Assembly: GCA_946404215.1 (NCBI GenBank)
Contig: CAMJCT010000005.1
Span: 14,685 to 78,684, forward strand
Source of the DNA: an uncultured Clostridium sp.
GTDB lineage: Bacteria > Bacillota > Clostridia > TANB77 > CAG-508
Length of the DNA stretch: 64,000 bases
Reading direction: 5' to 3'
In this document: one piece after another, positions 1-10,735 of the stretch
Numbering within the stretch: position 1 is the stretch's first letter
Layout: every line of letters begins with the position of its first letter
Program-made: the position numbers and the translations under genes
The notes under the pieces: generated by a model
Seen by the model: the letters and a program-made list of their open reading frames with translations, nothing else
What the model was told of the DNA's origin: nothing
Databases searched by the model: none

Positions 1-582
1 AATTATTGTATACACATGCCAATATTTATTTTTCTTTCTTGCTGTATCGTGATAATATTTTTCTTCTGAAAAATAAAGAATATTGTATCCTTTAAAATAT
101 TCTAATAATTTTTCTTTTTCAACTGTTGTATAAATTTCTTTCCACTCATCCTCTTTTCCTAAAAAATTACCAATAAATACACCTTTGGGGTTAATAACAT
201 TTTGTAGAAGATTTACCATAAATTCATCAAAATTTTCTTTAACATAGTGCATACTAAAATGTGCATTTACTAAATCTGTTTTGGGTAATTCAATTTTTGA
301 AAAATCGTCTATTATGATATTTAAGTTTTCATTATTTAAATTTCTGCTTTCAAGTATATTTTTTACTTGTTCATTATTATCTATTGCAGTCACTTTAAAT
401 CCTTTTGAAATTAGAAATTCTGTATCATTTCCTGCACCACATCCCAAATCTATTGCGGTATTTCCTTTAAAATTTTCATTATAATTATTTAAGAAAAATC
501 TTCTTATTGATGCTGATGGATTATTCTTAATAGTTTTCTTATAATATACTTTCCATTCTTTCATTTCCTTTGGATTTTCCAT
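1..582 (-). CDS. Class I SAM-dependent methyltransferase (TehB-like), runs off the window start
   Basis: Minus-strand frame from ATG at 582 (MENPKEMKEWKVYY...) contains the SAM-binding motif AIDLGCGAGNDTEFL and stays open to base 1; read by hand, not in the ORF track. Confidence 0.75.
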   Translation of the reverse strand, partial: MENPKEMKEWKVYYKKTIKNNPSASIRRFFLNNYNENFKGNTAIDLGCGAGNDTEFLISKGFKVTAIDNNEQVKNILESRNLNNENLNIIIDDFSKIELPKTDLVNAHFSMHYVKENFDEFMVNLLQNVINPKGVFIGNFLGKEDEWKEIYTTVEKEKLLEYFKGYNILYFSEEKYYHDTARKKNKYWHVYTII

Positions 583-647
583 ATCTTTAACTTTTACACC
601 TCAATTCATTTTAGATTATAGCACATTTTGATTTTTATTTCTATAAT

Positions 648-854
648 TTATTTTGCACTGTGTATTAAAAAATTGTATTTACTTGCATGCCTTAATTCAT
701 CTGTCATTATTGACATTAGTAATGTATAACTATTTCCACTTGGCATTGTTCCTAATATTCTTCTATATCTTACAACAGCATCTAACTCTCCAAACAATGC
801 TTTTTCCAAATTTTCCTGATAGCTTAAATCCGTTTCTATTTTTGGAATAGACAT
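648..854 (-). pseudogene. C-terminal fragment of a ferritin-like/rubrerythrin-like protein
   Basis: ALFGELDAVVRYRRI...IMTDELRHASKYNFL is one ExxH helix pair; the frame extends only about 20 codons upstream before a TAA and has no RBS, so the N-terminal half appears lost. Confidence 0.5.
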
Positions 855-982
855 ATCTTGCGGTAGTATATTCCCTGTAAAACTATAATATATGCGATTA
901 TAGCTTTTTTGTTACATTATATAAGTACCTTAATAATGCTTGGTTTTTCAATTCACAAAGTAACTAGATATCTTTGCAAATT

Positions 983-1390
983 TTATCCCACATCTACAAT
1001 TAATTCTATAACTTCACCTATTGGTATTTCCTTATTTTTATCTAAAATTATAACTTGCTTAAATTTATCAATTTTTTTTACGCTACCTGTGGTTATTACA
1101 TATTTTCCACCATTCTTTTTAGCATCTGGAATAAAATAAGTTATTGTTACTACTGGTCTATTGCAAATATTTTCTTGTATCTCCTGTAACTTCCAATCTA
1201 AAAGAGCTTTAACCTCTTCATCTATTTCTATCCTTTTATTTGTTAATCTTGCTGTTTCTTTTACAGAATCATCATATCCTGTAAGAGCTGCAAAAGGCGC
1301 AAATTGTGCCGCTCTTGCATACATACTCATTCTTTTATGTTTTTTAGGTTCATAATGTGATAAGTTTATTATATCGTTATACTTTTGCAT
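983..1390 (-). CDS. YolD-like protein
   Basis: Motif HKRMSMYARAAQFAPFAALTGY is typical of YolD-like partners of Y-family polymerases; start overlaps the polymerase stop. Confidence 0.85.
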   Translation of the reverse strand: MQKYNDIINLSHYEPKKHKRMSMYARAAQFAPFAALTGYDDSVKETARLTNKRIEIDEEVKALLDWKLQEIQENICNRPVVTITYFIPDAKKNGGKYVITTGSVKKIDKFKQVIILDKNKEIPIGEVIELIVDVG

Positions 1391-2881
1391 TATTCCTTAT
1401 GCCCTCCTATTTGACTATTTCTTGCAATAGCTGTTCCCGCTTCCTGCAAATTCATTCCCTTAACAATAGAATTTTTGCCAAATTTCTTTTTTATATCTAG
1501 TATTGACATTTGCAAATTTCTTTCAATTTTTTCTTCTTTTAAATTCATCTCTCTTTTTTTAAAATCTCCAAATAAATCTAGCTGCTCATTTACCATTTGT
1601 AATTTTATTTTACTTTCGTATATAACATTATTAGCTGAAATATTTATCCTTCTTACCAATAAATTTTTGTCAATAATTCTTTCATATAATTTCATTGTAA
1701 AATTCATTATATTTTTGGTAGAAGAAGTATGGTGGTCCAAATTAATTGTTCCGTGTGCATGTTTTGGTATTTTTCTTCCATAATGGTCTGTAATAATTTC
1801 ACCCTTGTAATATATATTTGGATTTTTTAAATTCTCTATATCATATCCAATAGTTAAAACTATTTGATTTGTAATTAAATTTTTATCTACTAAATCTAAA
1901 GAAATATTTTCTGCCATTTCTTTTACAATAAGTTTAGTATCTTCATAATTATACGGGCAATGCAATACTTGACCTAAACTTATACTATTTGTTGTTGGCT
2001 TATATGCTTTTATTTCATTCAATGTAACTGGCTCATAACCGCCAAGCGTGGTCTATTAAAAGTTCTGCATTTACTCCAAATAGCTTATATAATAATTCTT
2101 CATTATTTATTGACGCTCTTGCAATATCCCCCATAGTATACATATGGTGTTTTTCAAGTTTTGTAGCATACCCATTTCCAACTCTCCAAAAATCTGTTAG
2201 AGGCCTATGTTCCCAAAGAAGCTTTCTATATGTTATTTCATCTAATCCTGCAATTCTAACTCCATTTTGATTTGCCTTTGTATGTTTAGCAACTATATCC
2301 ATTGCTACTTTACACAAATACAAATTTGTTCCCATTCCACCTGTAGCTGTAATTCCAGTATTTTCATAAACATCTTGTATTACTTTTGTTATTAATTCGC
2401 TTGCTCTCATTTTATATGTTTGTAAATAATGTGTAACATCTATAAAAACTTCATCTATTGAATAGACATATATATCTTCTTCCGAAAACCATTTTAAATA
2501 AATACTATAAATTTTATTGCTGTACTCCATATAATATTTCATCCTAGGTGGAGCTACTATATATGACAATTCCAAATCTGGATTCTTTTTTAGTGCTAAA
2601 TCATCATAGCTTGAACCAGTAAATCTTTGATTTGGTGCTTTTAATCTTCTTTCCATATTTACTTCTTTTACTTTCTGTATTACTTCAAAAAGTCTTGCCC
2701 TACCTGATATTCCATAAGATTTAAGAGACGGACTTACAGCAAGACATATTGTCTTTTCTGTTCTTGAACTATCAGCAACTATAAGATTTGTAGTTAACGG
2801 GTTAAGACCACGTTCTTGACACTCAACAGATGCATAAAAGCTTTTTAAATCTATTGCTATATAAATTTTCGTATCTTGCAT
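1390..2881 (-). CDS. Y-family DNA polymerase (UmuC/ImpB-like), one +1 break at CGGT 2041-2038
   Basis: YIAIDLKSFYASVEC and YSIDEVFID catalytic motifs. ORFs 2033-2944 and 1390-2022 join as ...IDHAW-[C]GGT-YEPVTL..., giving about 496 aa. RBS GAGGGGG precedes ATG 2881. Confidence 0.85.
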
Positions 2882-2913
2882 ATAACATTCCCCCTCTAAA
2901 AGTACTAAAAAGA

Positions 2914-2950
2914 GTATAACACAAATTTTAATGTTTGTAAACACTTGTTT
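2914..2950 (-). promoter_or_regulatory. SigA-type promoter overlapped by a LexA (SOS) box-like palindrome
   Basis: Minus strand reads TTTACA-17nt-TATACT; AAAC-N4-GTTT at 2939-2950 overlaps the -35 and resembles the Firmicute GAAC-N4-GTTC/T box; lies upstream of an error-prone polymerase. Confidence 0.55.
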
Positions 2951-2959
2951 GTACGAATT

Positions 2960-3283
2960 TTAATTATCTCCAAATTCAAACGAAGGCCAGGGTTCTTCTA
3001 GCCATCTCCACTTATTACAAGGGTAATTAATGGTTAAAGGTCCATATACTTTTTGATATTTTTCTTTTAACTCTTTTAATTTTTTACAATACTTTCTGTG
3101 TAAACACAAAGCTTTTTCATCATCAGGATGTGTATCTAAGTATAACGCAAGTTCTGTTATTCCAAATTCATAACATCTTATTTCCTGAATCATTTCTCTT
3201 CTTATATCACAATCTACTACATTTTCTTCTACATTATCACATTGTTCATTACAAGAACAATTTCTATTTTCTTCTATAGACAT
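2960..3283 (-). CDS. cotJB: Spore coat protein CotJB
   Basis: ELALYLDTHPDDEKAL...YGPL...WRWLEEPWP signature. Confidence 0.9.
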   Translation of the reverse strand: MSIEENRNCSCNEQCDNVEENVVDCDIRREMIQEIRCYEFGITELALYLDTHPDDEKALCLHRKYCKKLKELKEKYQKVYGPLTINYPCNKWRWLEEPWPSFEFGDN

Positions 3284-3636
3284 TTATTGCACCCCTTTCC
3301 TATTTCATTAGTTTTTCTTAAATATTCATTTTCCTCCATGGACTGGCAGGGCATGTAAGGGCTTACTAGTTCTGGAAATATCGTTCCCATTTTCAATCCA
3401 ACACATGGCTTAAATGTTTTATCCATATATTGATATGGTACATAACTCTGAGCTAACATTGGATTTTCTGGAAACACATTATATTCTTCGTCAAATCCAC
3501 AATCACAATCATTATACATATCTTCGTATGAATTTACATTATTGCATTGATTCTCTAAAATGTCATTTTGTAATTCGCAAGAATTGTTTTTATAACTATT
3601 ATTCATACAATAACACTTCCTATAATTTCTAAACAT
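3274..3636 (-). CDS. cotJA: Spore coat protein CotJA with Cys/Asn-rich N-terminal extension
   Basis: LAQSYVPYQ...GLKMGTIFPELVSPY motif; directly upstream of cotJB. Confidence 0.85.
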   Translation of the reverse strand: MFRNYRKCYCMNNSYKNNSCELQNDILENQCNNVNSYEDMYNDCDCGFDEEYNVFPENPMLAQSYVPYQYMDKTFKPCVGLKMGTIFPELVSPYMPCQSMEENEYLRKTNEIGKGCNKCL

Positions 3637-3709
3637 ATTATTTCCTCCTTTTCTCTACATTATATGATTTTATTTGACAATAGTTACAAAAAGAAAAATA
3701 ACACAATAA

Positions 3710-3742
3710 AATAGCACCTACATTAAAAATGTAAGTGCTATT
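3710..3742 (-). terminator. Intrinsic terminator after rpmF
   Basis: Hairpin AATAGCACCTACATT / AATGTAAGTGCTATT followed by a T-rich tract on the minus strand. Confidence 0.6.
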
Positions 3743-3754
3743 CTATTTAATTAA

Positions 3755-3946
3755 CTATGCATTTTCAGTTTCTTTTTTAGCTACTACTTCTTTTCCATCG
3801 TAATATCCACAATTTTTGCATACTCTATGTGGCATTACTGGTTCGTGGCAATGTGGGCAGCTTGAAAATGTTGGTTCTTCTTTTTTCCATGTTGATCTTT
3901 TTGCATGTGTTCTTGCTTTTGACCATCTTCTTTTTGGTTGTGCCAT
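3755..3946 (-). CDS. rpmF: 50S ribosomal protein L32
   Basis: MAQPKRRWSKAR...CPHC...PHRVCKNCGYYDG zinc ribbon. Confidence 0.97.
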   Translation of the reverse strand: MAQPKRRWSKARTHAKRSTWKKEEPTFSSCPHCHEPVMPHRVCKNCGYYDGKEVVAKKETENA

Positions 3947-4085
3947 TCTAATTCCCCCCTTGCTTTAAGATATATGTATATATCTGTTTCTATTTTTCAT
4001 CTTTTTAATCACTATAAAATTATACAAGTAATTTCAATTTTTGTCAATAGCTGTTGTTTATAAATTACCAATAACTTGATACTAT

Positions 4086-4295
4086 GTTACTAGTCAGCCA
4101 TTTGCTATATTAGAAGTCCGCGCAAGTGATTACTATATAAATATTTTGAGAATTAATCAAATGCGAGTTTGAATAACTTAAAAATTCTTAATAATTTTGA
4201 AATTAATTAGAATTTTTTAGTGTTAAATGTAAGGTAGCCGAGATTATTCGAAAAATATTTATATAGTAATCATGTTAAGCAGGACAGTTATAATT
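4086..4295. mobile_element. MITE-like palindromic repeat, copy lacking the right terminus
   Basis: Begins GTTACTAGTCAG; inner inverted repeat TGATTACTATATAAATATTTT...AAAATATTTATATAGTAATCA; colinear with the 16837-17103 copy. Confidence 0.75.
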
Positions 4296-4424
4296 TTTAA
4301 AATTTGATATATTTTATTTTGTATTTTGCATACACTATAAATATAGTTACTATTTAGATTTAATTTATTTAAGCTAAATTATTAGTCTAAATTACTATTT
4401 ATATATATAATTATGGAGGTATTT

Positions 4425-6274
4425 ATGTGTGGTTTTGTTGGATATATAAACTTAAATGAAAAAATCAATCAGGATAAAACAGTAATAAAAAAAATGAATA
4501 GTACTTTATCCAAAAGAGGACCTGATGAAGAAGATTATTACATAAATAATAATATAGCATTAGGTCATAAAAGATTAATTGTCATTGACCCTAAAAATGG
4601 CAAACAACCAATGATAGAAACATTTTCATATGGAGAATATGTTATTTGTCATAACGGACAAATATATAACTCTAAAGAATTAAAAGATACTTTAGAAAAA
4701 AATGGTTTCACTTTTAAAGGATACAGTGACACAGAAATTTTATTAAAAAGTTATATTTTTTATGGAAATGATGTAGTAAATCACTTAAACGGTATCTTTG
4801 CATTTGCAATTTGGAACAGTAATAAACAAGAAATATTTTTAGCTAGAGATCATTTTGGTATAAAGCCACTTTTTTACACTTTAAAGAATAATACATTAAT
4901 TTTTGGTTCAGAAATTAAAGCGATTTTCGAATACCCAGATATAGAAAAGGAACTGGATTCACAAGGGATATCCGAGCTTTTTGGAATAGGTCCAGCTCAC
5001 ACCCCTGGATTAACGGTTTTCAAAAATATTTTTGAAATTAAACCTGCTCATTTTGCAGTATTTAACAATTCAGGATTGCACCTTACAAGATATTGGAAGC
5101 TAGAATCTAAACAACATACAGATAATCTTAATAAGACCTGTGATAAATTGAATTTCTTATTGAAAGATTCTATTACAAGCCAACTAGTTTCAGACGTTCC
5201 ACTATGTACTTTTTTATCGGGCGGATTAGATTCCAGCATTATTACCAAATATGCTTCTGATTATTATATGGATAGAAATTTTCCAGCTTTAGATACTTAT
5301 TCAGTAGATTATGTCGATAATGATAAAAATTTTGTAAAAAGTGATTTTCAGCCGAATTCAGATAATTACTATATAAATCTAATTACAAAAAAATTTCGAG
5401 TTAATCATCATAAAATAATTATAGATACTCCTGAATTAGCTGAATCTTTAGCTGATGCAATGATAGCTCGTGATATGCCTGGAATGGCAGATATTGACTC
5501 TTCTTTACTACTTTTTTGCAAACATGTTAAAAAAGAAAAAACTGTGGCTTTAACTCGGAGAATGTGCAGATGAAATTTTTGGGGGATATCCTTGGTTTTT
5601 CCGTGAAGATGCTCTAAAAAGTAACACTTTTCCATGGTCTATAGCATTAAACGAAAGACAAGAACTATTAAATCCACAAATTTCTAAACAAGTAAACTTA
5701 AAGGATTATATAAATTATAGATATAATGAGAGTTTACAAGATGTAGAAATATTAGATACAGACTCAAAAGAAACTGGTGAAAAAAGAAAAATTTCATATC
5801 TAACATTAAATTGGTTCATGCAAACCCTTTTAGATCGTTCAGATAGAATGGCAATGTACAATGGCTTAGAACTTAGAGTTCCATTTTGTGATTATAGACT
5901 AGCACAATATGTATGGAATATTCCATGGGAATGGAAAGCTTTTAATCGGAAGAGAAAAAGGTCTATTACGTTATATCTGCAAAAACTTCCTTCCTTCTGA
6001 AATTGTAGATAGAAAAAAATCACCTTATCCTAAAACTCATAATCCAAATTATTTATTAAAAGTTAAGGAAATTCTTTCTAGTATTATGCAAAACAAATCA
6101 GCACCTATAAATAATTTGCTTAATAGAGAATTTATTTTAAACATTCTCGAAACAGATGGAAAGGCTTTTACTCGCCCTTGGTTTGGGCAACTGATGACAG
6201 GTCCACAACTTATGGCATATCTTTGTCAAGTAAATATGTGGCTAGAGAAATATCAGCCAAAAATTAAAATATAA
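4425..6274 (+). CDS. asnB: Asparagine synthase (glutamine-hydrolysing, AsnB/AsnO-like), two +1 breaks at CGGA 5556-5559 and 5947-5950
   Basis: N-terminal MCG, LSGGLDSS, VALT-[C]GGA-ECADEIFGGYPWF, ELRVPFCD, AFN-[C]GGA-REKGLLR; the joined product is 615 aa, normal for the family. Confidence 0.9.
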
Positions 6275-6309
6275 ATTAAAAATATGGAAATATACATATA
6301 GCATAAAAT

Positions 6310-6909
6310 TTATTTTGCAGAAATATGTATATTTTCTATTTTTGCATTCATCTCTCTTGAAATAATATTTTGAATTTGAGCTATTTGCTCTTGTTTTAAT
6401 TCGTCATCAATTTCTACTATTACACTTATACTTTCACCATTTGCAAATATGATACTGTTTTCAAACCCCTTAGTTTTAATCAAATTTTCGCTTATCATAA
6501 TACTATTTTTGATATCATTTATTTTTTGTATTTCTTGTGTAGCTGTTTGTTTTTGCATCTCCAAAGAATTATTACTATTTAATACTTTTTCATATGTTTC
6601 AATCATTTGAGAGTACATCGAATCTCTTTCAAGCTTTGATTTAACAAAATATTCATCTTTAGGATTATTATCTATATCTTTAGTACTATTGTCTTTCTCA
6701 TTATTAGCACTTTCAGAAACAACATCGTTGCTATTTACCAATGTTGCATCTCCTATGTCAGCAATTTGCATATCATCTTTTGATTCCATTTGCATACTTG
6801 TTTCTACGGCTTCCTTTCCCGTATTTGTTGTATAATTTAAGTATCCTGCTGTCATAATCATTAAAACAATCACATATATTATAATCTGGTTTCTCTTAAA
6901 AAATCTCAT
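6310..6909 (-). CDS. spoIIIAH: Stage III sporulation protein AH
   Basis: KRNQIII...AGYLNY N-terminus, EYFVKSKLERD, ENLIKTKGF; last gene of the spoIIIA operon. Confidence 0.9.
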   Translation of the reverse strand: MRFFKRNQIIIYVIVLMIMTAGYLNYTTNTGKEAVETSMQMESKDDMQIADIGDATLVNSNDVVSESANNEKDNSTKDIDNNPKDEYFVKSKLERDSMYSQMIETYEKVLNSNNSLEMQKQTATQEIQKINDIKNSIMISENLIKTKGFENSIIFANGESISVIVEIDDELKQEQIAQIQNIISREMNAKIENIHISAK

Positions 6910-6940
6910 AAAATTCTCCTTAAAATAAAAATATTTAAAA

Positions 6941-7573
6941 TTATTTCATCTCAAAAACTTGTATTTTATGTGTTGCAAGCCCTGTTACAGCCTCTACTGC
7001 TTGTATAATATTCGTTTTTGTTGTTGGGTTATTAGCTCCTTTTGCAGTTATAATTGCTCCTTCAACCTTAGGTTGAAGAACTTTTTGCGTTATTGGCATC
7101 TTTTCTCCATTTTCTTCTTTATATACAATATCTTTTTGTATATCTGTTGATTGAATTTTTCTTGTTCCCCCTGAAGTATCATTTTCTTCTGTATTACTTA
7201 CTTTTGAATTCTCATTATACATTGCTACAACTTCACTAGACTCACAATAGTTAATAAATACTTTTACTTCTCCTACTCCTTCTATTTTAGACAATATAGA
7301 CTCTAATTTTGTTTCAATATTATTAGAAGTATTTTCTTCAATTTCTTCTTTTTGAATTATATTTTCTGACTGCAATGCTAATTTTTTTGATGTTGTGTTT
7401 GTATCTTGCTTATTTGTTTGTCTATTGCCATTCCATATAATATTAATAATTACAATTGTTATTATTAGTATTATTATAAAAAAAACTAGATTTTCTATTT
7501 TTTTTCTATCATTACCTAATTGGTCTTCTTCATTATTCTTAACCAACATTTTTTTTAATTTATCTCCAAACAT
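6941..7573 (-). CDS. spoIIIAG: Stage III sporulation protein AG
   Basis: LESILSKIEGVGEVKV...PKVEGAIITAKGA...HKIQVF. Confidence 0.92.
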   Translation of the reverse strand: MFGDKLKKMLVKNNEEDQLGNDRKKIENLVFFIIILIITIVIINIIWNGNRQTNKQDTNTTSKKLALQSENIIQKEEIEENTSNNIETKLESILSKIEGVGEVKVFINYCESSEVVAMYNENSKVSNTEENDTSGGTRKIQSTDIQKDIVYKEENGEKMPITQKVLQPKVEGAIITAKGANNPTTKTNIIQAVEAVTGLATHKIQVFEMK

Positions 7574-8205
7574 TTTTCAGTCACCCCATATTCTTCTATT
7601 AAAAATTTCTTTATATTTTGAATATCAGCATTAAGAACTTTAGATTTTGTATCGTTTTTTTCTTTAATGTCAATTTTTTCGTTATTTGTAGAGGTATCAA
7701 TAGGCTTTATTTTTTGGACTTGAACTATTACCTTATTTTCTATATTATTTTCATTATTGTACTTATTTTCATTTTCCTGTTCTTCAACAATATCTTTTTT
7801 CTCTATAACCAATTTTATTTTATTTATATTATTTGCATTTTCCTTCTCAGATATATTTGCATAAACTTTACAATATGATACATTAAACCCCATCTGTTCT
7901 AACTTTTTTATAATATCTTTTTTTAATTCCTCTCTATACAATTCCTCTATTCTCTTATCCATAGAAGTCTGATTTGCTACAGTTGCTGTCTCAACAGTAT
8001 TAGTATCTTCAAAATCAATATTATCTAGATTAAAACATTTCTTATTTTCAATTGCAGGAGATATTATTGTAAATATCACATATACCCCCATTACCATTCT
8101 TATATATTTTTTAGTTTTATTATTAGGCAATAGCATTTCTAAAATAGAGATAATAACAATAGTCAATCCTAACCCCTTAGCCCAAGAGCTTAAAAAACTT
8201 ATCAT
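7555..8205 (-). CDS. spoIIIAF: Stage III sporulation protein AF
   Basis: LEMLLPNNKTKKYIRMVMG motif; operon position. Confidence 0.88.
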   Translation of the reverse strand: MISFLSSWAKGLGLTIVIISILEMLLPNNKTKKYIRMVMGVYVIFTIISPAIENKKCFNLDNIDFEDTNTVETATVANQTSMDKRIEELYREELKKDIIKKLEQMGFNVSYCKVYANISEKENANNINKIKLVIEKKDIVEEQENENKYNNENNIENKVIVQVQKIKPIDTSTNNEKIDIKEKNDTKSKVLNADIQNIKKFLIEEYGVTEKCLEIN

Positions 8206-8259
8206 TTTCTTTTCCTCTCATATAACTTTTCAAATATAAGTAAAATAAATATAGCAACT

Positions 8260-9426
8260 TTATCTATACATCATTCCACTATTAGATATTTTTAATACTA
8301 AAGCTGTTCCAATTATTATCATAAATGATATAGCACTTAATATAGCTAAAAATATTTTAAATATATCTCCTATTTGATCTAACAAACCAATAATTTTTGC
8401 ATCAGCTATTGGCTCAGTCAAACTTGCCAATAATTTATACGATAATGTTACACATACCAATTTTATTATAGGTATAATACATATTCCAATTACAACTACT
8501 ACACCAACAAGACCAACTGCATTTTTAAGAATAATTCCACATCCAAGTACAGTATCTACACTATCTGATAATATTTTTCCAACTACTGGTATTGCTGAAC
8601 TTACTAAGGCTTTTGTTGTTTTTGCAGTTATTCCATCTACACTTGCTGACATGGTTCCTTCAAAAGAAACTACTCCTACAAATATTGTAAGTACAATACT
8701 TAACACTAATACTACTCCTGACTTTAAAAATTTAGATAATTTGTCTATTTGTACTCTATCAGACAATTTAGATAAAATAACTAAACTTGTAAAAACTAAA
8801 ATTAAAGGTATTATTATTTCTTTAATCATATTTCCAATAAAATTAATCATAAATAATATAATAGGTTCTATTACACTACTAGTCACTATACTTCCAGTAT
8901 AAATCATTAATGTTACTAATATTGGAACAAGCATATTCATAAATGCCACAAGATTTTCAGTTGTGTCCTGAACCATCTTTACAATATCTGAAAAATTCCC
9001 CATAATTATAGTTATAATTAGTATGTATTGTGCATAATAAATTAATTTTGAAACTCCATTGTTTTCCAAATTATCACTAATTGATTTTAGAATTGCATGT
9101 ATAATTATAATAGCAAAAATACTTCCTATAGTTTTTAAGGTTTTTATAAATTCATCTCCTAATAATCCTAAAGCCCTTTTTAATATTGTAGAATTGTCAA
9201 CCTTACCTTGTATAGCAGAGTTTAACATTTCTTCTATATCTATATCTTCAAAAAAATCTCCAGCATATTGTTTAGAATTATTTATAAATTCTTGTATACC
9301 AAATTCTTTTTGTTGCTCTTCCAATGTTTCAGAATTATTAGCAAATACCATTTTAAAATGAAAAAAGACATTTACAAAAATAATAAAAAATGTAATTAGA
9401 AAAATCCCTTTTCTCTTCATTTGCAA
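8260..9426 (-). CDS. spoIIIAE: Stage III sporulation protein AE
   Basis: Polytopic membrane protein with IPVVGKILSD...ILKNAVG motif. Confidence 0.92.
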   Translation of the reverse strand: MQMKRKGIFLITFFIIFVNVFFHFKMVFANNSETLEEQQKEFGIQEFINNSKQYAGDFFEDIDIEEMLNSAIQGKVDNSTILKRALGLLGDEFIKTLKTIGSIFAIIIIHAILKSISDNLENNGVSKLIYYAQYILIITIIMGNFSDIVKMVQDTTENLVAFMNMLVPILVTLMIYTGSIVTSSVIEPIILFMINFIGNMIKEIIIPLILVFTSLVILSKLSDRVQIDKLSKFLKSGVVLVLSIVLTIFVGVVSFEGTMSASVDGITAKTTKALVSSAIPVVGKILSDSVDTVLGCGIILKNAVGLVGVVVVIGICIIPIIKLVCVTLSYKLLASLTEPIADAKIIGLLDQIGDIFKIFLAILSAISFMIIIGTALVLKISNSGMMYR

Positions 9427-9449
9427 CTCCCTTTAAACTTATATTAATT

Positions 9450-9839
9450 TTATTGAGGTAATATTTTTAATATAATTTCTAATAAAGCAGAGATTATTGG
9501 TATGGACATAGATATAATTATAATTTTGCTTCCTATTTCTATTTTACTTGCAATGGCACTTTCTCCTGAGTCTTTGCAAATACTCACTGCAAATTCTGAC
9601 AAAAATGCTATGCCTGTTATTTTTATTAACAACATAATAAATTTTGTATTTATTGAAGCTTTTGACTCTAGTGTCTGTAATAAATTTATTATTCCAGTTA
9701 GCTTGTCCACTACCAACAATAGTATTAATACTCCTGCAATTAAACTTATATAAATTGCAAATTCCGGTTTATATTGTCTCAATAAAACTGTTATTATTAA
9801 TGCAATAAGTGCAATACCAATTATCTTTATAATATCCAT
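9450..9839 (-). CDS. spoIIIAD: Stage III sporulation protein AD
   Basis: KITGIAFLSEFAVSICKDSGESAIASKIE motif. Confidence 0.95.
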   Translation of the reverse strand: MDIIKIIGIALIALIITVLLRQYKPEFAIYISLIAGVLILLLVVDKLTGIINLLQTLESKASINTKFIMLLIKITGIAFLSEFAVSICKDSGESAIASKIEIGSKIIIISMSIPIISALLEIILKILPQ

Positions 9840-9896
9840 AAACCTAGTCTCATTAGTTAAACCTAATCTTCTCCTCCTTATATAATAAAACTGTGG

Positions 9897-10091
9897 CTAT
9901 AAATTAAAGATAGTCCTTACTGTATTAAACAGCGTACTTATTTCTTTTATAACCATTGTAAGTACAATAACTAGTCCAGCTAAAGTAGTCATCATTGCCT
10001 GATCCTCTCTTCCTGCTCTTACTAAAACCTGATGAAGAACTGCCACAAGAATCCCGATTGCAGCTATTTTAAACAATAAATTAATATCCAT
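9897..10091 (-). CDS. spoIIIAC: Stage III sporulation protein AC
   Basis: MDINLLFKIAAIGILVAVLHQVLVRAGREDQA. Confidence 0.95.
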   Translation of the reverse strand: MDINLLFKIAAIGILVAVLHQVLVRAGREDQAMMTTLAGLVIVLTMVIKEISTLFNTVRTIFNL

Positions 10092-10156
10092 TTTATTTTA
10101 TATAATGTACCTTTATTTTGAATACATTACATTCTCCTTTCGTTAAATTAATTCCT

Positions 10157-10666
10157 TTACACTAAAATAATAATTATTGTTAGACCTATTGTTACACCTA
10201 ATTTACTATATAATTTTTCATTTTTTTGTTTCTGTTCGACTGCATCCTTTATTTGTTCATCTAGAAATTTTTTCGTTATTTCTATTTGGCAAACTTGTCC
10301 TTCAGCATCAGTTTGTCCTAATAGTTTTGCCAATGTTTTTATTGTGTATTTATCCTCTTTATTTAGGTTAGACGATACTTCTTCTACCGCTTTCTCCCAT
10401 GCAGCTTCCGCAGTTTCTATTGCCATCTTCTCTTTTGCATTTTTAAAAACAAGTCCAATATTTCCTTTGATTTTTGAAGATATCTCATCAAAAATTTCTG
10501 GTATTGGTGAATATGTAAATACTATTTTAGATTTAAATATATTTAATGCATTACTCATATCTTCCAATTCTTTAAGTCTATTACTATATTTCTTAGCTAT
10601 GTTTTTTCCTATTAAACTACTAGTTATTAAAATTAAAAACAATATAAAAAATTTTATAACCTGCAT
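10157..10666 (-). CDS. spoIIIAB: Stage III sporulation protein AB
   Basis: LGQTDAEGQ...KNEKLYSKLGV motif; operon position. Confidence 0.92.
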   Translation of the reverse strand: MQVIKFFILFLILITSSLIGKNIAKKYSNRLKELEDMSNALNIFKSKIVFTYSPIPEIFDEISSKIKGNIGLVFKNAKEKMAIETAEAAWEKAVEEVSSNLNKEDKYTIKTLAKLLGQTDAEGQVCQIEITKKFLDEQIKDAVEQKQKNEKLYSKLGVTIGLTIIIILV

Positions 10667-10735
10667 TTTTCTCTCCTTTTGTATTTTTTCTTTTTTATTA
10701 TATTCATATGTTATACATTATAGAACTAAATCTTA

